Positions 10,275 to 18,160 of a stretch of 64,000 nucleotides of DNA are shown piece after piece. The DNA is from an uncultured Bacilli bacterium. GTDB lineage: Bacteria > Bacillota_I > Bacilli_A > RF39 > UBA660. The position numbers were made by a program, and so were the translations under genes. The DNA is taken from the NCBI GenBank assembly GCA_947632595.1, contig CANRPY010000004.1, positions 775 through 64,774 of the forward strand, given 5' to 3'. Numbering within the stretch: position 1 is the first letter of the stretch; each line of letters starts with the position of its first letter. Under the pieces are notes generated by a model. The model saw nothing but the letters and a program-made list of their open reading frames with translations, was not told the origin of the DNA and did not search any database.

Positions 10275-10841
10275 TTAGGACTCTATTTTTGTACTATGAA
10301 TGATTAATTGACAATTTTCTTTATTGGGACAACATGTTGTTAAAACTAATTGTGGTTTTTCTTCTATTCTTCCGGTAATGTACCCATTTTTTGGTTGTTC
10401 ATAGATGTTTTCCACTTGATATGTATATGATTTCTTTTTATATTCTATTGTGATCGTGTCATCTATCTTTAATTCATCTAATTCTTCAAAGAAAGCTACT
10501 TCTCCTGTACCTGAGTGTGCTGCGATAAAAAGAATTCCTGTTTTTTCTTCTGGAGAAGTAGACCCTTTTAATATCGTTACATTTTCCTCTATATTATTTT
10601 TCTCACTGGTGATATCGTATAGTGGTTTTTCTAGATGTATTTTAGGAATTTTGATTTTACCGACTGGTTCTTCTTTTTGGAAGACTTTTTGTAGTGGAAT
10701 TCCTTTTTCTTTTAATTTTTCTATGGCAATTGTAATGGTATCTTTTTTTTCTATTTTGATGAGTGATAATGAGGTTATAATGGTTCCTAATACTAATAGG
10801 CATATGAATATCTTTTTTAACATAGATACCTCATAATCCAT
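10275..10841 (-). CDS. sortase-family transpeptidase (atypical: no Arg after the catalytic Cys)
   Basis: It has an N-terminal TM, the His block FIAAHSG, and the Cys block LVLTTC. It lies immediately downstream of, and overlaps, the adhesin gene. Confidence 0.7.
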   Translation of the reverse strand: MDYEVSMLKKIFICLLVLGTIITSLSLIKIEKKDTITIAIEKLKEKGIPLQKVFQKEEPVGKIKIPKIHLEKPLYDITSEKNNIEENVTILKGSTSPEEKTGILFIAAHSGTGEVAFFEELDELKIDDTITIEYKKKSYTYQVENIYEQPKNGYITGRIEEKPQLVLTTCCPNKENCQLIIHSTKIES

Positions 10842-12244
10842 AGAAGTAGTATTAGTAAGAAATTCCTTTTTTCTGTATGGGTATTGGGTACTTCTACTTT
10901 ATAGTCTTTTAATTCTAAAAGAATTTCTTCTTGATCTTTGATGGTTAAATCTAATGGTTCTATTTTTTGATATCCCTCTGTTGTGTTTTTTTGGACTAAT
11001 GTGTATTTTCCATAGGGAAGGGTAAACTCTGCTCTTCCATATTGGTCTGTTTTTACAGATAGTACTAGTTCATTCTCTTCATTATAAACTTCAAATTCAA
11101 TCCCTTCTTCTGGAAATAAGTTGTCTTTTTCTCCATACTTCTTTTCAATGATTACTTTTTTTTCTATGATTTTGTTTTCTATTGTTAACTCTATATTTGT
11201 TTCTTCTTCAGTAATTTCTACGGGATAGATTTTTTCGTTTATTTGGTATCCTTCTCCTGCTTTCACTTCTTTTAAATAGTATCTACCATAGGGAATGTTT
11301 TTTATAAGTCCAACTCCATCCACGATTTCTACTTCTGCAATTTTTTCATTTGTTCCTTCTCGGTAGAGATAGAAGATAGAACCATCTAGGCTTGCTCCTT
11401 TTTTGGGAATTCCTAATTTGGTATCGGCATCTACTTTTTTGATTTTAATATAATTTGTGATTACATTTATTTTAAAAGATACTTGTTTTTCTTCTAGATT
11501 TCCTAATTTCATTAAATTCTGGCTGTTTTGTGCTTGGTAGATTACGATAGGGCCATTATGATAGGACTTTATTTTTCTTTTTAAGGTAATATTATATTCT
11601 TTGGCGGTTAGGTCTTTGAAGATGATTTTATCTCCTTTGATTTCTATTTCTTCATTTTCTGTAGTATAGTTTTCTAATTCTTTTCCTATTGTTATTTCGG
11701 CTTTCATTCCTTCTATTAATGTAATTGTTTGATTCCTTATGGCAATTTCATTATCATATTGTTCTATTAAATGATTAATCTCATTTATTTGCCAATCATA
11801 TTTGGTTGTTCTTGCTCCATTTAGAGTCTCTGTAAAGTAATAGTCTCCTTCATATGGACTGGCAACTCTCCAAATCATCATCTGGGCAACGGCATACCAG
11901 GACATATCCGAATGATTTTCATATTGATAACCAAAATAGGCAATCTTTTTGATCTTATCTAGTTGATCTTTGCTTAGATTTCTTGGGGAGAGTGTTTCTG
12001 TATATTTACTTCCTTCTTGAAAGAAGATAAGAGGTTCTATACAATAGGCAATTTCTCCGCTATTTGTTTTTCGAAATGTTCTAGCTTGCTGGTAGTAGAT
12101 TGTTTGATTGGAGTAGTTATATTTACTCATGTAAATATTATTTATGGTTTCTCCTTCATAAAACATATGATCCTCGGCATGTACTTGTTTTGTTCCTAGT
12201 AAAATTGTCATTATCATTATTAAGAAAAATCCTATTTTTTTCAT
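10817..12244 (-). CDS. surface adhesin: thioester (TQXA-type) domain plus two SpaA/CnaB-like Ig domains, with a degenerate C-terminal sorting signal
   Basis: A signal peptide is present. The candidate thioester pair is AYCIEP (Cys codon 12041-12043) and VAQMMIW (Gln codon 11882-11884). Two prealbumin-like modules follow (KIKKVDADT...GRYYLKEVKAGEGY and VIIEKKYG...GKYTLVQKNTTEGY). The C-terminus reads VPNTH-TEKRN-FLLILLLWIM-RYLC. Confidence 0.7.
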   Translation of the reverse strand: MKKIGFFLIMIMTILLGTKQVHAEDHMFYEGETINNIYMSKYNYSNQTIYYQQARTFRKTNSGEIAYCIEPLIFFQEGSKYTETLSPRNLSKDQLDKIKKIAYFGYQYENHSDMSWYAVAQMMIWRVASPYEGDYYFTETLNGARTTKYDWQINEINHLIEQYDNEIAIRNQTITLIEGMKAEITIGKELENYTTENEEIEIKGDKIIFKDLTAKEYNITLKRKIKSYHNGPIVIYQAQNSQNLMKLGNLEEKQVSFKINVITNYIKIKKVDADTKLGIPKKGASLDGSIFYLYREGTNEKIAEVEIVDGVGLIKNIPYGRYYLKEVKAGEGYQINEKIYPVEITEEETNIELTIENKIIEKKVIIEKKYGEKDNLFPEEGIEFEVYNEENELVLSVKTDQYGRAEFTLPYGKYTLVQKNTTEGYQKIEPLDLTIKDQEEILLELKDYKVEVPNTHTEKRNFLLILLLWIMRYLC

Positions 12245-12276
12245 TTGCTTCCTCCTCCTTTTTCTTAATGAAATCG

Positions 12277-12305
12277 ATTATAGTCACTTGCCTAATTCTT
12301 ATCAA
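12277..12305 (-). promoter_or_regulatory. sigma-A type promoter for the adhesin-sortase operon
   Basis: On the minus strand: TTGATA - 17 nt - TATAAT. The start codon lies ~30 nt downstream, preceded by AGGAGGAGG. Confidence 0.6.
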
Positions 12306-12439
12306 ATTGTCCTTTTTGTATTTTCTGTTCTTCTTTTTCTTTCTTTTTTCTTTTTTCCTTCTTTCTTTTCCTATTTTTCAATGGGATTTCTTTTAAAAAT
12401 AAAAGTTTCCTATGTTATAATATTTTTTGAGGTGATACG

Positions 12440-14053
12440 ATGACAGATATTGAAATTTCTAGAAATAGTCATAAACTTCCTATCGTTGATGTTGCGAAAA
12501 AGATGGGAATTAAGAAAGATGATTTAGAGTTATATGGAAATTATAAAGCAAAGATTAAAAGAGTTAGTAAACGAAAAAAACAAGGGAAATTAATCCTTGT
12601 TACAGCTATTAGTCCAACTCCTATGGGAGAAGGGAAAACTACGGTTAGTATTGGTTTAGGAGATGCTCTTCACCAAATGGGTAAAAAAATTGTTATTGCC
12701 TTACGTGAACCATCTATGGGGCCTGTTTTTGGTATGAAAGGTGGCGCTACTGGAGGAGGATATTCTCAAGTTGTTCCAATGGAAGATATTAATCTTCATT
12801 TTACGGGAGATTTTCATGCGATTACTTCTGCCAATAATTTAATTAGTGCAGCTATTGATAATCATATTTATTTTGGGAATGCTTTGGATATTCAAAAAGT
12901 CTTATTTAAAAGATGTTTGGATGTTAATGATCGTGCATTAAGAGATGTTGATTTAGGCAGTAGAAGAGATTCTTTTACGATTACTTCTGCTAGTGAAGTT
13001 ATGGCTCTATTTTGTCTTGCGACTTCTTTGGATGATTTAAGAGTAAAACTTGGAAATATTATTGTAGGGGTTAATAGTCGTGGGGAATATGTTTATGTGA
13101 GAGATCTTAAGATTGAGGGTAGTTTAGTTGCTCTATTAAAAGATGCTTTTATGCCTAATCTTGTACAAACTCTAGAAAATACACCAACGATTATTCATGG
13201 TGGACCTTTTGCCAATATTGCTCACGGATGCAATAGTTTAATGGCTACCAAGACGGCTTTGAGTTATGCTGATTATGTTGTTACGGAAGCGGGGTTTGGA
13301 GCTGATTTAGGAGCAGAAAAGTTCTTAGACATTAAGTGCCGACTAGGGGGATTAAAACCAAATGCTGTTGTTTTGGTTGCTACCATTAAAGCTTTAAAAT
13401 ATCATGGTGGTGTTCCTAAGGATCAAGTGTTTGAAAAGAATCAAGAGGCTTTGAAGAAAGGATTTGCTAATCTTGATAAGCATTATGAAAATTTAAAAAG
13501 ATATGGTATCCCTGTTGTTGTTTGTCTTAATCAATTCCATACAGATACTGAGGAAGAAATTGATTTATTACGAAAACATTGTCTTGAAAAGGAATATTTA
13601 TTTACCGTATCTACTGCTTATGTAGATGGAGGAAGGGGAGCTATTGATTTAGCTAATACAATTCTTTCTGTTCCAAAGGGAAAATTTAAGGTTCTTTATA
13701 AATTAGATAGTTCTATTGAAAGCAAGGTAAGAAAGATTTGTAAGGAAATCTATGGTGCAGGTAAGGTACATTTTAGTCCTCTTGCGAAGGAAAAAATCCG
13801 TGATATCGTAAAAAACAATCTATCTAATCTTCCTATTTGTGTTGCGAAAACTCAGTATTCATTCTCTGATGATAAAAATAAAGTAGGAGTTCCTAAAGAT
13901 TTTGAGGTTACTGTCCGAGATGTTAATTTATATCATGGAGCTGGATTTATTACGGTTCTTTTGGGTGATATTATGACAATGCCTGGGCTTTCTCGTAAAC
14001 CTAATTATGAACAGATTGATGTTGTGGATGGAGAAATTGTAAATTTAAGTTAA
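12440..14053 (+). CDS. fhs: formate--tetrahydrofolate ligase
   Basis: Full-length match to the FTHFS pattern, including the nucleotide-binding block SPTPMGEGKTT and the end ...MPGLSRKPN. Confidence 0.95.
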   Translation: MTDIEISRNSHKLPIVDVAKKMGIKKDDLELYGNYKAKIKRVSKRKKQGKLILVTAISPTPMGEGKTTVSIGLGDALHQMGKKIVIALREPSMGPVFGMKGGATGGGYSQVVPMEDINLHFTGDFHAITSANNLISAAIDNHIYFGNALDIQKVLFKRCLDVNDRALRDVDLGSRRDSFTITSASEVMALFCLATSLDDLRVKLGNIIVGVNSRGEYVYVRDLKIEGSLVALLKDAFMPNLVQTLENTPTIIHGGPFANIAHGCNSLMATKTALSYADYVVTEAGFGADLGAEKFLDIKCRLGGLKPNAVVLVATIKALKYHGGVPKDQVFEKNQEALKKGFANLDKHYENLKRYGIPVVVCLNQFHTDTEEEIDLLRKHCLEKEYLFTVSTAYVDGGRGAIDLANTILSVPKGKFKVLYKLDSSIESKVRKICKEIYGAGKVHFSPLAKEKIRDIVKNNLSNLPICVAKTQYSFSDDKNKVGVPKDFEVTVRDVNLYHGAGFITVLLGDIMTMPGLSRKPNYEQIDVVDGEIVNLS

Positions 14054-14085
14054 AAAAAGTCCTAGTTTTGAACTAGGATTTTTTA
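14052..14085. terminator. bidirectional rho-independent terminator
   Basis: Hairpin TCCTAGTT-TTG-AACTAGGA flanked by an A-run and a T-run, between convergent genes. Confidence 0.75.
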
Positions 14086-14784
14086 TTCACATTTATTGGT
14101 TACAGGATTTAATGTCGTACCAGATGGGCAAGCAACGGCTGTTGTATTGGTTTCTACTGGTTCCATTATAATAAAGTCTCCGTAATAGGTTACATCATTA
14201 TAAATAATACTATATTTATATCTACCAGGTATTTTTTGATGAGCGATGACTTCTCTTAAATCTAATATCATATTATTATAGACTTCATCTGAAATTTCTT
14301 CATTGATGTAGTCTCTAATATTTCTAGAAATGCTTCCTGTTGTAGGCATTCTTTTTTCTTTTAAGGTAATTGTTATTTTTGGTAATTCTTTTGCTTTAAC
14401 AATAATCTTTCCTTCATAGACTTTTTTCTTATATTTAATTTTATAAGGATATGTTCCTGGTTGATTGACATTTACTTTTGATGTATCAAGACCTTCTGCT
14501 AATTCCTTTAACATTTCTTCTGTAATTTGATCTGGGTTTTCTAGGTAATCTTTAATATTTGTACTGATAGGAGTTCCTTCTTCTATGGTTACTTCTTTTA
14601 AGAGTACTTCATTTTTCTTTAATTGAATTTGTGAAATTTGTTCTGCCTGTACATCGACGTTATAGACTTTTTTCACTACGGTCTTTTTACTTTGACTCAT
14701 AATTGTTCCACTTGTGATAAAAATGACTCCCCAAGCTGCTATAACAATGGATAGTATGACATATTCTTTGCTATTCAATTTCAT
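14083..14784 (-). CDS. membrane-anchored extracytoplasmic protein with two tandem ~70-aa modules and a C-terminal Cys loop, unknown function
   Basis: It has an N-terminal TM (YVILSIVIAAWGVIFITSG). An internal duplication is visible (…ISTNIKDYLENPDQITEEM…GTYPYKIKYKKKVYEGKIIV versus …ISRNIRDYINEEISDEV…GRYKYSIIYNDVTYYGDFII). The tail is CPSGTTLNPVTNKCE. Confidence 0.5.
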   Translation of the reverse strand: MKLNSKEYVILSIVIAAWGVIFITSGTIMSQSKKTVVKKVYNVDVQAEQISQIQLKKNEVLLKEVTIEEGTPISTNIKDYLENPDQITEEMLKELAEGLDTSKVNVNQPGTYPYKIKYKKKVYEGKIIVKAKELPKITITLKEKRMPTTGSISRNIRDYINEEISDEVYNNMILDLREVIAHQKIPGRYKYSIIYNDVTYYGDFIIMEPVETNTTAVACPSGTTLNPVTNKCE

Positions 14785-14918
14785 AGTCCCACTCCTATTC
14801 TAATTCTATTATAGAAGATTCTTTCTTTATAAGATACATTATTTGACATATTTTTTATTTGTATGACACTTATTTGACATGCTGATTTACTGTTTGTGGA
14901 CTATGAATTTTGTATTTT

Positions 14919-15158
14919 TTATCGAAATAATAGGATATCTATTAGAATACTAAAGGGAATTAGGAGGATAAATTTTATTTTTCTTGTTTTATGATGGAAA
15001 AAAATCATTCCTAGTAAGGTTCCGATTCCTCCTCCTAAAAAAGATAATACAAGGAATACAATTTCTGGAATTCTACTTCTTTTTTTGATTGCTTGATATT
15101 TATCATATCCCATCATTAGAAACAGAATACTATTCGTTACGATTAAATATACTAACAT
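14919..15158 (-). CDS. DUF1294-family small membrane protein
   Basis: The N-terminal motif GYDKYQAIKKRSRIPE is followed by two TMs, which is typical of DUF1294. Confidence 0.7.
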   Translation of the reverse strand: MLVYLIVTNSILFLMMGYDKYQAIKKRSRIPEIVFLVLSFLGGGIGTLLGMIFFHHKTRKIKFILLIPFSILIDILLFR

Positions 15159-16078
15159 TTTGCTCCTTGATAGGTATTTCTTCTTACCATTTCTTTATCA
15201 ATATCATTTAATACACAGAATTTTTTTACTAACCATTTTGGTTCTATTAATTCTTCTTTTTTAGGATCTCCTGTTATTCTGTGAATTACAATTTCTGGTC
15301 TTAAGTATTCTAATTGATCTACTACAATATCAATGTATTCTTCTTTTGTTAGTACTTTAAATTTTTCTTTTTTCCATAATTTTTCCATAGGAGTATCTTT
15401 TAAAATACTTAGCATGTGTATTTTTATTCCTTGAATATCTAATCTATTTAGGTATTTTACGGTGTTTATCATATCTTCTTTGGTTTCGTAGGGTAGGCCA
15501 TTGATTATGTGGACTATGACGTCTATTTTTCTTTTTCTTAATTTTGTTACCATGTTTTCAAAGCATTCTAATGTATGACAACGATTGATTAGGATTGAGG
15601 TTTCTTCTTTCGTTGTTTGTAATCCTAATTCTATGGTTAAATTGGTTCTTTTGTTTAATTCTTCTAAGTAGTCTAGGCAATCTTCTGTAATTGCATCTGG
15701 TCTTGTTGCAATATTGATTCCTACTAAATTTTCTTCTTCTAGGATGGGTTCATATACTTTTTTTAATTCCTCTACTGGTGCATAGGTATTGGTTCTTGCT
15801 TGGAAGTATCCAATATACTTGGCGTTAGGCCACTTTTTTAACATGTTGTTTTTTACTTCTTCAAATTGTTTTTTGATATCATCTTCTTTGTTTCCTGCAA
15901 ACTCTCCACTACCACTTTTAGAACAATATAGACATCCTCCTACACCAACGGTTCCATCGATATTTGGACAGGAAAAACCAGCATTTAAACTTACCTTAAA
16001 TACTTTCCCATGATATTTCTTTTTATATTCATAATCTAGGGTATGATATCTTTTATTGGTATTTGAATATTGAAACAT
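15152..16078 (-). CDS. TIGR01212-type radical SAM protein
   Basis: The Cys cluster is FSCPNIDGTVGVGGCLYC, and the length and C-terminal region match the YtqA/TIGR01212 family. Confidence 0.85.
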   Translation of the reverse strand: MFQYSNTNKRYHTLDYEYKKKYHGKVFKVSLNAGFSCPNIDGTVGVGGCLYCSKSGSGEFAGNKEDDIKKQFEEVKNNMLKKWPNAKYIGYFQARTNTYAPVEELKKVYEPILEEENLVGINIATRPDAITEDCLDYLEELNKRTNLTIELGLQTTKEETSILINRCHTLECFENMVTKLRKRKIDVIVHIINGLPYETKEDMINTVKYLNRLDIQGIKIHMLSILKDTPMEKLWKKEKFKVLTKEEYIDIVVDQLEYLRPEIVIHRITGDPKKEELIEPKWLVKKFCVLNDIDKEMVRRNTYQGAKC

Positions 16079-16158
16079 AGGAACCTCCTTGTCAAATCTT
16101 ACTGTATTCTAACATAAAAAGTAGTATTTTACAATGAATTGTGGTATTATTATGCTAG

Positions 16159-17298
16159 GTGGTATGCTTGAGAAAGGTAAAGAGTGTTCATATTAAGCCA
16201 GGATTTATTCGAATCATAAAAGTTGTTGGCTGTATTCTTTGTGTGCTTCTTGGCATATTCATCTTTTATCGTTATCAAATTTCTACTTTAAAGAAGATTG
16301 GGTATAGTGAGATTGCGAGTAAGAGAATTCTTTTTTCTCGTAATAAAGAAAAGGTACTTGGTATTGGAGAAAATAAAACCGTAAATGCTGCTTTTGAGAG
16401 TGATTCTTTCCAAGAAAAAAATCTTGATCATTATGCGAAAATTACGTATGTAGAGCAGAAACATTTGATTTCTAATATTAATAAATTACTAAAAATTGGT
16501 TATAGTAATCATGATATTAATATTATTTTGAAACATGGAAATGATGAGGCAGTTAGTCAGTTTGCTACTAGAGAAAAGGTTTCTTATTTGGAAGAGTTTT
16601 TTTCTCTTGATTATGCAAAACTAGAAAATTATGATCGGTATGTGCAATATTCTGATGAGACTGGAGAAGATGAGATAGAGACTGTTATTGCGATTAATCT
16701 TGATTTGGATAAGACTCCTTATGAAGATGCAACTGTGGTTTCTTCCTTTTCTACTGATATGATTGTTAATAAATATCATTATTTAAAAGAAAATTTTGCT
16801 CCTTCTGATTTGACAACGATTCCAACGGAGTATGCATCAGAGAAGGGGATGCAATGTAGTAGACTTGCTTTGAATGCTTTTATACAAATGTATAAAGCTG
16901 CCGAAAAAGAAGGCTATGAACTCGTTATTAATTCTGCATATCGTAGTTATCAAGATCAAATTGATATTCAAAATACTTATTTAGAAGCCTATGGACAATC
17001 TTATGTAGATAAGTATGTTGCGAAACCAGGTTTTTCTGAACATCAGACTGGTCTTGCTTTTGATGTTGGTAGTCGTAATTCGCGTATTTTTGCAAATTCT
17101 AAGGAGTATACTTGGATGCTAGAGAATGCCTATCGGTATGGATTTATTTTAAGATTTGATGAACGATATGAAGATTTAACTGGATTTCGGAGTGAGCCTT
17201 GGCATTTTCGATATGTAGGGCGTGATATTGCCGAATATGTATATCAACATAATAATATGTCGTTAGAAGAATACTTTGTTATTTTTTTAGATAAGTAG
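16159..17298 (+). CDS. membrane-anchored M15B (VanY-type) D-alanyl-D-alanine carboxypeptidase
   Basis: It has an N-terminal TM. The Zn-peptidase blocks are SAYRSYQDQ, SEHQTGLAFD and EPWHFRYVG. The start codon is uncertain (GTG at 16159). Confidence 0.8.
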   Translation: MVCLRKVKSVHIKPGFIRIIKVVGCILCVLLGIFIFYRYQISTLKKIGYSEIASKRILFSRNKEKVLGIGENKTVNAAFESDSFQEKNLDHYAKITYVEQKHLISNINKLLKIGYSNHDINIILKHGNDEAVSQFATREKVSYLEEFFSLDYAKLENYDRYVQYSDETGEDEIETVIAINLDLDKTPYEDATVVSSFSTDMIVNKYHYLKENFAPSDLTTIPTEYASEKGMQCSRLALNAFIQMYKAAEKEGYELVINSAYRSYQDQIDIQNTYLEAYGQSYVDKYVAKPGFSEHQTGLAFDVGSRNSRIFANSKEYTWMLENAYRYGFILRFDERYEDLTGFRSEPWHFRYVGRDIAEYVYQHNNMSLEEYFVIFLDK

Positions 17299-17309
17299 AG
17301 GGTGATGAT

Positions 17310-18080
17310 ATGGTTTGTAAAAATTGTGGTGCTGATTTAAAGCCAAATACTAAATATTGTTTAGAGTGTGGTAGTTATATTGATGATGATGACGATGATG
17401 AAGGAAAAACTTCGGATTTAGGGGAATTATCTACTGATTATAAACCTGTTCGTTTAAGAGAAGAAGAGGAAGATTTTGCTCCTAAAAAGAAGAAGAGAAA
17501 GAAACTTAATTTAACGATGTCTGATTACCTTATCTATGGTGGACTTCTTACTGTTATGATTGTTTCTATCATTGTTATTATTGTTTCTTTGGTTACTGGT
17601 AAGAATCAAGAAGAAGAGATTCAGAATACGGCATCTCCAACCGTACAACAAGATAAGAATTATTCTATTGATGATTATGAGATTACTGTTCCTGGAAAAT
17701 ATATTTCTACGATTGAGGATAGTGTTTTATATGTTTCCGATGATGTGAATTATACATTTTCTTTTCAAAGTTCTCAGGAGGATTTTGATGCTTATTTAGC
17801 AAATCCTGAGAGTTTAAAAGAAAATTTAAAAGGACAATATAATGTGGTTTCTTCTACCGAGAAGACTGCTAGTGGTCGGGATTTTATTGTTAGTGAGATT
17901 AAAGTGGGAACGGAAAATAAGATTTTATATCTTACGAAGATTAATTCTAAACATACTGCAATGGGAATTATTGAAGTATTACCTAATGGTGATTGGGAGA
18001 TGGCATTATCAGTTATTGGAGAATTGGTAAATAGTATTAATTTTCAATCGACTGGGGATTCTTCAGAGCTCGTAAAATGA
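17310..18080 (+). CDS. zinc-ribbon membrane protein, unknown function
   Basis: The N-terminus is CKNCGADLKPNTKYCLECG, followed by an acidic run, one TM and a ~150-aa extracytoplasmic domain. Confidence 0.6.
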   Translation: MVCKNCGADLKPNTKYCLECGSYIDDDDDDEGKTSDLGELSTDYKPVRLREEEEDFAPKKKKRKKLNLTMSDYLIYGGLLTVMIVSIIVIIVSLVTGKNQEEEIQNTASPTVQQDKNYSIDDYEITVPGKYISTIEDSVLYVSDDVNYTFSFQSSQEDFDAYLANPESLKENLKGQYNVVSSTEKTASGRDFIVSEIKVGTENKILYLTKINSKHTAMGIIEVLPNGDWEMALSVIGELVNSINFQSTGDSSELVK

Positions 18081-18160
18081 TACGGAAATGTATCATTTTT
18101 TCTTGGAGAATTTTTTTGTTTATGTTATTATGATATTAGAATAATAAGAAGGTGTTTGGT

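Noticed and set aside
14830-14885. The direct repeat TTATTTGACAT occurs twice about 30 nt apart, each copy containing a TTGACA -35-like hexamer.
   Set aside because: Both flanking genes are on the minus strand, and no acceptable -10 follows either hexamer at 16-18 nt on the + strand. In AT-rich intergenic DNA this is likely chance, or at best an unassignable operator.
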